From an uncultured Methanosarcinales archaeon (GTDB taxonomy: Archaea; Nanobdellota; Nanobdellia; Woesearchaeales; CAYPCY01), in contig CAYPCY010000002.1 of the NCBI GenBank assembly GCA_964409385.1, positions 143,941 through 207,940 on the forward strand: DNA of 64,000 nt, in the 5' to 3' direction. The notes beneath the pieces are model-generated. The model saw only the letters and a list, made by a program, of their open reading frames with translations. It was not told where the DNA came from and made no database searches. Shown here one piece after another: positions 55,273 through 64,000 of this stretch (within the stretch, counting starts at the first letter, position 1; each line of letters starts with the position of its first letter). A program made the position numbers and the translations under genes.

Positions 55273-57336
55273 ATGAGTTATTTAATAACTAGCGCATTAC
55301 CGTATGTAAATAACATTCCTCATCTAGGTAATTTAATTTGTGTCGTTAGTGCAGATGTTTATACTAGATTCTTAAGATCTAAAGGAGAAAAAGTAATTTC
55401 AGTATTAGGAACTGACGAGCATGGAACAACTACTGAAATAAAAGCTAAGGAAGAAAAACTAACTCCTAAACAATTAGTAGATAAATACTTCAAAATACAC
55501 ACTGAAATTTATAATTGGTTTAATTGTGACTTTGACTGTTACGGCAGAGCTTCAGACAAAGAAAATTATGATATTAGTCAAGATATATTCACTAAACTAA
55601 AAAAGAACGGTTTCATAACAAAAAAGAAGATTAAACAATATTATGATGAGAAAGAAAAGACTTTCTTAGCGGATAGGTTTGTTAAGGGAAGTTGCAAATT
55701 TTGCAAGTTTGATGATGCTAAAGGTGATCAGTGTGATAATTGTGGTAAGTTACTAGAACCAAATGAATTACTAAAACCAACTTCTACATTGTCTGGAACT
55801 AAACCAATACTGAAACAAACCGAACATTTCTATATTGAACTGAATAAATTAACTCCTGAATTAAAGAAGTGGATTAAACTAAACCAGAAATCATGGAGTA
55901 ATAATGCATTATCAACAACTAATTCTTGGTTGAAAGAAGGTTTGAGATCAAGAGCCATAACTAGGGATTTGAAATGGGGAATTCCAGTTCCTGTAAAAGG
56001 TTATGAAAATAAAGTGTTATATTCTTGGTTTGATGCACCAATAGCTTATATTTCAATAACTAAGAGGGCAAGAAAAGATTGGAAGTCATGGTGGTTTAAT
56101 GATAAAGTTAACCTGACACAGTTCATGGGCAAGGATAATATTCCTTTCCACACAATATTATTTCCTGCTTATTTGATAGGAACCAAGGAAAAGTATACTT
56201 TGATGAAGACTATTAATGTTAATGAATACTTGAATTACGAATCTGGTAAATTCTCCAAATCAAGAGGTGTGGGTATTTTTGGGAATGATGCTATGAATAC
56301 AGGAATTCACCCGGATATTTTCAGATTTTATATGATTATAAACAGGCCTGAAAAGTCTGATTCATTATTTACTTGGAAGGATTTTCAAGAAAAATTAAAT
56401 TCTGAATTAGTAGGTAATTATGGTAATTTGGTTAATAGAACTTTAACATTCATTAACAGGTTTTTTGAGTCTAAAATTCCTAGTTTGAAAAAGGAAGATT
56501 TAGTTTATAAGAAACAATTGAAGAAGATAGAATATCATTATGAAACTATAGAGTTGAAAAAGGCTTGTAAGGAAATATTAGAACTTTCCAAGCTTGGAAA
56601 CCAGTATTTTCAAGAGAATAAGCCGTGGGAATTAGTAAAGTCTAATTCTGAAAAGGCTGGTAATGTACTTGCTAATTTAGTAAAACTAATTAAAGACTTA
56701 GCAATATTGCTCGAGCCTATAACCCCAGAAAAATCGAAGGAAGTATTTCAAATATTAGGAGTAAATCCTTCATGGAAAGATCTAAACAAAAAACTTGCTA
56801 AAAAACAAATTTTAGATGCAAGAATATTATTTGAGAAATTAGATGATATTAAAGAATTACAAGAAGAATTTTCTGGAAGGGAAGTCTTTGATGATTTAGA
56901 CTTGAGAGTTGCCAAGGTATTAAAGGTTGAAAAGCACGGCGATAACCTGTATAAATTACAAGTTTCTTTAGGTATGGAAAAGAGACAATTGGTTGCTGGC
57001 TTACAAAAACATTATTATCCTGAAGAGTTGAAAAATAAAAAAATAGTTATTGTTGCTAATTTAAAACCTGCAGTCTTAATGGGTGAAAAGAGTAAGGGTA
57101 TGTTATTGGCAGCTAGTGATAAGAAAAATGTTGGTTTATTAACTACTGATGCAAAGGTTAATTCTAGGGTTTCTGCAGGTAAGGAGGCAATTCCTAAAAA
57201 ACAAGTTGATATTGATAAGGTTTTGAAGACAAAATTAGTTTCTAAAGAAGGAAAAATATTTTACAAGCATAGGAGATTATATGCTGATTCTAAAGATGTT
57301 GTTTGTGATAAGGATATTACGGGCAGGGTTAGATAA
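55273..57336 (+). CDS. metG: methionine--tRNA ligase with C-terminal tRNA-binding domain
   Basis: ITSALPYVN..PHLGN, GTDEHG, Zn knuckle, GKDNI.FH, KFSKS; ATG at 55273 after a TTTAAA box. Confidence 0.96.
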   Translation: MSYLITSALPYVNNIPHLGNLICVVSADVYTRFLRSKGEKVISVLGTDEHGTTTEIKAKEEKLTPKQLVDKYFKIHTEIYNWFNCDFDCYGRASDKENYDISQDIFTKLKKNGFITKKKIKQYYDEKEKTFLADRFVKGSCKFCKFDDAKGDQCDNCGKLLEPNELLKPTSTLSGTKPILKQTEHFYIELNKLTPELKKWIKLNQKSWSNNALSTTNSWLKEGLRSRAITRDLKWGIPVPVKGYENKVLYSWFDAPIAYISITKRARKDWKSWWFNDKVNLTQFMGKDNIPFHTILFPAYLIGTKEKYTLMKTINVNEYLNYESGKFSKSRGVGIFGNDAMNTGIHPDIFRFYMIINRPEKSDSLFTWKDFQEKLNSELVGNYGNLVNRTLTFINRFFESKIPSLKKEDLVYKKQLKKIEYHYETIELKKACKEILELSKLGNQYFQENKPWELVKSNSEKAGNVLANLVKLIKDLAILLEPITPEKSKEVFQILGVNPSWKDLNKKLAKKQILDARILFEKLDDIKELQEEFSGREVFDDLDLRVAKVLKVEKHGDNLYKLQVSLGMEKRQLVAGLQKHYYPEELKNKKIVIVANLKPAVLMGEKSKGMLLAASDKKNVGLLTTDAKVNSRVSAGKEAIPKKQVDIDKVLKTKLVSKEGKIFYKHRRLYADSKDVVCDKDITGRVR

Positions 57337-57346
57337 ACTTTATAAA

Positions 57347-57370
57347 CTATAGCCGCTATAGTAGCTATAG
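57347..57370 (+). promoter_or_regulatory. three CTATAG palindromes at 9-bp spacing between the TATA box and ATG; candidate antitoxin operator
   Basis: CTATAG at 57347, 57356 and 57365, following TTTATAAA. Confidence 0.55.
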
Positions 57371-57371
57371 G

Positions 57372-57575
57372 ATGATTACTACAATACAAATAAGTAAAGA
57401 ATCTAAAGATCTAATTAGTTCTTTCGGGACAAAAAGTGATACTTATGAAGATATAATTAGAAGAATGTATGATCTTGCAGTTAAAGAACAATTAAGAGAA
57501 TTCTTAATGTCTTCCAAGAATACTATATCTATTGATGAGGCCAGAAGGAGATTAGAAAAGAAATGGCCAAGGTAG
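57372..57575 (+). CDS. putative antitoxin (TTIQ-type)
   Basis: TTIQIS........G.K.DTYEDIIRR. Confidence 0.75.
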   Translation: MITTIQISKESKDLISSFGTKSDTYEDIIRRMYDLAVKEQLREFLMSSKNTISIDEARRRLEKKWPR

Positions 57576-57904
57576 AAATAGTTGAATCATTATACGAAGC
57601 AATAGAAAAAAAGTTTAAGAGAGAAGCTCATAAAATAATTGATTTAATAGAAAGTTTAGAAGAATTACCTAATAAAGGAAAAATTCTGGGAAGTGTTGGT
57701 GGAATTCTTATTAAAGAAATAAAATACAAGAATTTCAGGTTTTATTTTCTTGTAGACGGATTTAAATTGAAATTTTTATCTGAAAATGAATTAAAAGATT
57801 TATTATTAAGATTTGTTAGAATGTCTGATAAAAAACACCAACAAGAAACAATAAATGAAATAAGAATAATTTTAACAAAGATTGGGCCTGAAGGGTTTAA
57901 ATAA
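57563..57904 (+). CDS. putative RelE-like toxin
   Basis: L...P.KGK.LG....IKEIKY..FRFYF; overlaps the antitoxin. Confidence 0.6.
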   Translation: MAKVEIVESLYEAIEKKFKREAHKIIDLIESLEELPNKGKILGSVGGILIKEIKYKNFRFYFLVDGFKLKFLSENELKDLLLRFVRMSDKKHQQETINEIRIILTKIGPEGFK

Positions 57905-57957
57905 TTGTGTTTTATTTTCGCAAATTTTATATAGTATTTCTGAGCCAATTTTAATTA

Positions 57958-60900
57958 ATGAAAAAGAGGGCCTTTATTATACTGTCTTTAATTCTACTTC
58001 TTAGTTTTCAGATTCTCGCAGTAGATATTCAATTAAGAAAGGGAGGACAAGAACTTGATTATGTTTCTTATGGATTGATTAATGATGTTGATATTAATAT
58101 TATTCCGGACAATAACGAATTTACTTCCTTGACTGTTGATCTAACTAGTTTAGACGCAAATAGTATTTCATTAAGCCCTTCTGATTGTGATGACGCTTCT
58201 GGAGTTTTCAGATGTGTAATGAGGAGGGATATTAGGATAACTAGTGAAACAGCAACTATTACAGGAACTGTTGATGATGTAGGTTTTGAAGTTGTTAAAA
58301 CTTTTAATATTGACAATACTGCTCCTGAATTAATTTCTATAACTACAGATTATTGCCTTGCTGACAAGTGCTACTTAAAGCCAGGACCTGGAATTTTATA
58401 CTTGGACATTTCAGAAGGAGAGAGTGGTTTGAATAATGCTAATATTTACATTTCCATACTTGGAAGTCAAGTCAAGGCATACCTTTGTGAAGGTAATATC
58501 TGTAAAGTTTCCGTAAATGTTCCAGAAACTAATTCATTCACAGCAACGGTTATTCAATACTTAAGCACTGACGATGCAGGAAATTCACTTACTGGATTAA
58601 ATTCTGAAACTATTTATGTAGACAGGGAAGCTCCTGAAATTCTAGAGTTTAATGTTAGTTCAAGTTCTGAAATAGATTTTATTTCTGTGGATGATTCAAT
58701 AATAGTTAATACTGTGGTAAAGGAAGAAAGAACAGAACCAAGAATATTTCTTGATATGTCAAATTTCGGGATTGATGAATTAATTGAAGGGTCATGTTCT
58801 CTTGGAGAGATAAACTGGGATTGTGAAGTAACATCAAATTTCGGGATTGATTTTGCTAGGACGGATTCTATTAAAGTTATTGTAAAGGATTTATTAAATA
58901 ATTTTGATAATTACACTGAAGAAATTGAAGTGCTGGGATTGACAGGCACTGAAGAACCAAGTAATTGGAATGTGGCAAGTTTACAAGTATCACCTAATAA
59001 GGTGAATAAAAGAAATATGATGCTTAATAGAAATATTCATGCTTATTTGACTTTATCAACATCAGGAAATTCTGAAATTATTGATGTTATACCTAGTCTT
59101 ACTTGTTTTTCTGGTGATGCAGAGGGTTCTAGTAATGCAGATCTTCAAGAAATGCATGTTGTAAATCCAGGATTGGGAGATAAGAGTTTTTATATTAAAG
59201 GTGTTTTTCTGAATAATTTAGATAATTATGAAGGTCATGAATTTGTTAACTATTCCTGTAGTATGGATGTTCTTTCAAGAAAGGGAAATATGTTAGAGAG
59301 TAGTTACGAAAAAATATGGTTTGATTTTGAAATTAGGTTTGATAAGGCCTCAAGAGTTGATGAAGTATTGCTTGAAAAATTAAACGAGTCTAAGAATAAT
59401 CTTATAAGATATCAAGAGAAAATTTCAGATTTGGCTAAATATGTCAGGATAGGAAAGGGTATTAGATACTGTGTCTTCAGCATTTGGAGGAGGTACTGCA
59501 GTCGCTGCGACTGCAGATCAAAAACCATTACAAGCTACTTTAGGAAAAATTTCTGATGTTACAGGTGAACTTGGGGATAAAACTCATTGGGCATGTAATG
59601 TTGTAAATTGCAATTATACAAATACTAAATTGAGGGAATGGACTGGTTATGACGCTAATCAAAATGCTAATAGTTTGGTAAATAGTTTACCAGGTATTGA
59701 TTTTTTTAAAAAAGTTGCTGATGTGAATGACATTGCTCCAGTTATAGATCCCTATAGAAGCATAATAGTTGCTGGAGCGACCATGTGTTTGCCTGCAATG
59801 GTAATGCATGCTGAAACTCTTGTTGTTAATGAATGTCATTATTCAGGTTGTCTTGAAAGGTCTGCATATTTGGGTATGCCTTCAGGAAATTGTGATTTAT
59901 CCAAAGCGTATAATCAATGCATTTTTGTTAGTGGGGCTGTTCTTGATGCTATTCCTTATACTGCATTAACAAGAACTTTAGGAGCTAAACTTAATCAAAT
60001 TGCTGAAGATCCTTATGGGTTTATAGCTGCAGGAGTAGTTACTGCTGTTTGTTCTAGTGAGGCTGCAGATTTTCTTACTGGAAAAGAAGGAGGAATTGCA
60101 TATGGTGCTTGTCAAATTGCTAATAAAATTAGTGAGTTAGGAAAGATTGTTCCAATTTATAATAATATAAAATCAAGTTTTACTAATCCTACTGCTCAGT
60201 CTAAATGTGATAGTTTAACTTCAGGATATAGTATGGATCAGTTAGTTTGGGAGTTGACTCACCAACCTCAAGAGTTGAATGATCTTTCTAATACTTATAC
60301 ATTAGATAATGGTGATACTATGACTTGTGGTTATGATGGTTGTGTCTATGGTGACTTCTTGATTAAGTTCAATCTTGAATTTGACAATAAAGATAATAAT
60401 AAGTTTGTTCCTGATTCTGAAATTGATATTACTGACATGGAATTCTTTGTTATTAGTGATGATGGAACTGCAGAGTATATTGCTATTGATTCTGCATGGC
60501 AAACTCTTGGAGAAATAATTACTGCACAAGGAGGAGTGTTACAAGTTGATCCTGTGATTGGTCAGTCAGTTCAAGATACTCCTTCACAGGATGAGATGAA
60601 CGAGGAGATTGAGAGTTTAATAGCTTCTGGAACTATTGAGGAAGTTGATCAAGCTTTCGGAATAGCTGCTATTAGTTCAGAAGACGCTATAGAAGCCATT
60701 GAAACAATGATTGATAATGATGAAATGCGGGAATTATTTGAGTCTATGGGTTTCGTAAATTCTGATGGAACTATTAATGTTAATAATTTCCACAATATTA
60801 TGCGTTTTAAAGATGCTCAAAAACAAGGTTTTAGAGATGTACATGAACAATACTTAAAAGCTGTAGAGTTGGGAACTGGAGAAGAATTTATTACGTATCA

Positions 60901-61852
60901 AAACGATCAAGCAGATGTTGCAAAAATAAATTTAGAAATAAGTATTAAAGAAAGATCTATTGTTGAAATTAGAGAATTAGAAGAAAATGTTAAAGAATTT
61001 AGTTCAGAAATTGAAAAATTAGAGAAGGAGTTTGACACAGCTGATGATGCTAGAAAACTAGAAATTGGAGAAGAAAATGATGAATATAATAAAAAGTTGG
61101 ATGAAGCTAAAACAGACCTTGAAAAAAAAATAGATGAGGCTGGAACTATTGGAGACTTAAAAAGTGCTATTGGTGATAAAGATTCTGGTTTGAAGAAAGA
61201 GTTAGGAATTGCTGAAGAAATTGCAGAAATTAGCGGTAGGTTTGCCGCAGCAAAAACATTGCATCATACAACTTTTGGTAATTTTGTTTCTTGGCAGACT
61301 TGGGGTACTTTCTTAGATTTTGGAAGGGCTGCATCTACAATTGCTGGTTTCTTTCATGATCAGGAGAAGGAAGATTGGCAAGTTAGTGTTCAAGAGTTTG
61401 TAACTACTTGGACAGCCAGTGATTTTGAAAAAACTATTTGTGAAGGTAATTTAAACAGTCCTGGAACTTCTGGTTCTGTAATGGTTGCTTCAAGGAGTGG
61501 TTTGATGCCTGCTGCTATGATTTATGGTAGTAGGGCAGATATTTCATCTGGTGAATGGGAGTATATTATTGCTGTTGATATTCAGAATATGAAGAAGGAT
61601 GGTTTGAAATTTAATATTGTTTTAGAAGATCCTGGTAGTAGTTTGGTAGAGTTAAATTCTGAAGGGGATACCCTGATTGAATTAGCAGAGGGAGAAACTT
61701 TCACTAAAAAAGGCATGGCTACTTTATACTTTTCAGAAAACAAGGAGTATAGTAAGGTTTGTATTAAATTCCTTAATAATAATTTAGGGGATTATTTTGA
61801 TGATTATAGTTTATCTAATAATAAGTTATGTCAGGAGTTGATTATAGAATGA
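57958..61852 (+). CDS. large secreted Cys-containing surface protein split by a +1 frameshift near 59455 (ORFs 57958-59556 and 59471-61852)
   Basis: Signal peptide and Ig-like DxxAP repeats in ORF1; ORF2 frame reads V-L-D-T-V-S-S-A directly after ATA GGA AAG G. Confidence 0.7.
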
Positions 61853-64000
61853 ATGAAAAAAGAGGTCAAATTACAATATTCATTATTTTAGGAGTTGTAT
61901 TATTATTGACAGTGGCGGTTGTTTTATACTTAGGAGGATTAAGTACTAAAGAAAGACCTAAGATTGAACCACACCCAGTACCTACTGAATTTGCTTCTGT
62001 TGATGGTGTGTTTAAAAATTGTATTAAAGAACTTGGAAAGAATGCATTTGTTAATTTGGGGAGAAATGGAGGGTATATTGATCCGGTAGAAAGTGGTTTT
62101 TATTCTATCGATGGATTTTCGACTAAGGGTAATGCTCTTGAGATTTTCCCAGAATCAGGATTTTTAGTTCCTTACTGGAGGCATTTAAAATCTGCAGATT
62201 CTTGTACTACTTGTTATTTTGATAATAATATTCCTTTGTTAGAGGATGGTTCGAATTCTATTAAGAGGCAGGTTGAAAGGTTTATTGAAGATAATATTGA
62301 TGAATGTCTTGATTTTTCTCACTTGAGTGATTTTGTCACTGTAGATTTAAAGGGTGATCCTGATGTTTATGTTTCTATTAATGATGAAGATGTTAGTATT
62401 GAACTTATTTATTTTGCTGATTTGAATGATTTATCAACTCCAGGTAGAGTTATAGAGTCTAATTTTTATTCTTCAAGGCTTGATTTGAAGTTTAAGAGAA
62501 TTTATGATACTGCCTTTTCGCTTTTTATGAATTATGCTATTAATGAAGATTTTCAAATTTTAGAATCTTTCACTCTTGATATGCTTGATTTTTTTAGTGG
62601 TATTGATTCTAGTATTCCTCCAAGATATGGTGGGTCCAAAATTGGATTTTCCTCTCCTAATTATTGGTTTAAACAAGTGATTAGTGAAGAATTAACATAT
62701 GTTCTTGCAGATACTATCAAATATAATAGAGTTAAGAATTCTTTTGGTTATTCTTTGTTACATTCTGGAAATTATGCTCTTGATAATATTGTTAATAATT
62801 ACTTGGTAAGTGTTGATGGAATTAGCAATAATGATTTGAGAAAAGTTAAGGTGGATATTGATTATTTACCTTTATGGAATATTTATTTGAATATAAAACC
62901 TTCACAGGGTGGTTTGATAGGTCCTAATATTCAGAATTTTGGCGGTTTTTTCCCTATAATGATTCAAAAATATAATTTTGCCTATGATATTTCTTATCCT
63001 GTATTGTTTACTCTGGAGGAGGTAGAATCTTTTAATGGTCAGGGTTATACTTTACAATTTGCTTATGAAGTTAATATTAGGAATAATAATCCTTTGGTAG
63101 AGGAGAATATTAGTATTGTTGATCTTGAAATTTTGGCTTTTGATGATGTTAATAATAGAAATTCTGGATTGGTAACTGTTAATGTTGTGGATGGTGTTTC
63201 GCTAGAACCTATTGAGGATGTGTTAGTTACATTTGTTTGTTCTGACGAATCAGTAGGTCTTGGAGTTACTAAAATTGTGGAGAATTCTGCTTTAGTTTCT
63301 GATAATCTGCCTGTCTGTCTTAATGGTTTAATTACTGGTTTTAAGGATAATTATTTTTCAGACGCTGTTATTATTACAACTTTATTGGAAGAATCTGCAG
63401 AAGTTACTTTGGAGATGTTCCCTCTTAAGAATTTTAATGCTAAGATTAGAACGAGAAGTGTTGAGAAAAATTATGATTTAGATGCAGTGGATCCCGAATT
63501 TGAATTTTTTGAGGAGTCTGAAGGATTTTTGCATACTGACGATGAGTTGATCTTTATTGTTGAGAAAGTGGCTGAAATACCTGCTGAGGATCCTTTAGTT
63601 TCTAATAACCTTATTAATTTGAGTGTGGGTGATTTTTCTATTGAATTAACTGTTGGGAAGTATTCTATTACTGGTATGTTAATGAGGAAGTTAGGTGAAG
63701 ATAGGGCTAAGTCTGAGATTGTCATTCCTGATAAGGAATTGTGTGTTGATCCTGGATTGTTTAGTTCGGAAGAATGTTTCACTCTTAATGGAACTTCATT
63801 TAATGATACTATGTTTATTGGTGGTGTTATTTTTGATGAAGTAACTGGTTATTTTGAGATTACTCCTGAGGATATGGATAAAGATGAACTAACATTCTAT
63901 ATTTATAGTGCTAATATTGACCATGTTGATACGATGGAAGATTTGGGGGCCATAACTTTGAATTCCCAATACACTATTGATCATTATTCTTCTCTTGTTC
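61849..64000 (+). CDS. large secreted protein with class III (pilin-like) signal peptide; runs off the window end
   Basis: ATG at 61849 overlaps the upstream TGA; MNEKRGQITIFIILGVVLLL; no stop noticed before the window end, consistent with its absence from the ORF track. Confidence 0.8.
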   Translation, partial: MNEKRGQITIFIILGVVLLLTVAVVLYLGGLSTKERPKIEPHPVPTEFASVDGVFKNCIKELGKNAFVNLGRNGGYIDPVESGFYSIDGFSTKGNALEIFPESGFLVPYWRHLKSADSCTTCYFDNNIPLLEDGSNSIKRQVERFIEDNIDECLDFSHLSDFVTVDLKGDPDVYVSINDEDVSIELIYFADLNDLSTPGRVIESNFYSSRLDLKFKRIYDTAFSLFMNYAINEDFQILESFTLDMLDFFSGIDSSIPPRYGGSKIGFSSPNYWFKQVISEELTYVLADTIKYNRVKNSFGYSLLHSGNYALDNIVNNYLVSVDGISNNDLRKVKVDIDYLPLWNIYLNIKPSQGGLIGPNIQNFGGFFPIMIQKYNFAYDISYPVLFTLEEVESFNGQGYTLQFAYEVNIRNNNPLVEENISIVDLEILAFDDVNNRNSGLVTVNVVDGVSLEPIEDVLVTFVCSDESVGLGVTKIVENSALVSDNLPVCLNGLITGFKDNYFSDAVIITTLLEESAEVTLEMFPLKNFNAKIRTRSVEKNYDLDAVDPEFEFFEESEGFLHTDDELIFIVEKVAEIPAEDPLVSNNLINLSVGDFSIELTVGKYSITGMLMRKLGEDRAKSEIVIPDKELCVDPGLFSSEECFTLNGTSFNDTMFIGGVIFDEVTGYFEITPEDMDKDELTFYIYSANIDHVDTMEDLGAITLNSQYTIDHYSSLV

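Overview
AT-rich archaeal chromosome segment. The gene set (eL15, eS17, aIF6, prefoldin alpha, TFB, TFS, Alba, NMD3-like, Hel308, deoxyhypusine synthase, TATA-box promoters, intron-containing tRNAs), the tight gene packing and KRGQ-type N-termini point to a DPANN lineage, probably Woesearchaeota-like; this assignment is inference. Housekeeping genes (GluRS, TyrRS, MetRS, FtsY, ScpA, Prs, GlmS, tandem ThyX) are mixed with four toxin-antitoxin pairs, large acidic Cys-repeat surface proteins, three tRNAs (Ala with a T-loop intron, Met with a canonical intron, Arg) and many orphans. No CRISPR array, rRNA, transposase or integrase was recognised. Main items for follow-up: (1) a full-length PolB-like protein with intact proofreading exonuclease motifs but no polymerase catalytic aspartates; (2) an ahpC-trhO-O-methyltransferase operon suggesting O2-dependent ho5U/mo5U tRNA wobble modification in an archaeon; (3) a DHS-decarboxylase-agmatinase operon; (4) a tandem-nucleotidyltransferase-HEPN fusion with an Rx4H motif; (5) an orphan with a sigma70 region-4-like C-terminus; (6) a Hel308 lacking its first RecA domain; (7) a structured eL15 leader and dispersed AAATC/GATTT hairpins. 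All annotations come from reading motifs by eye; no searches were run.
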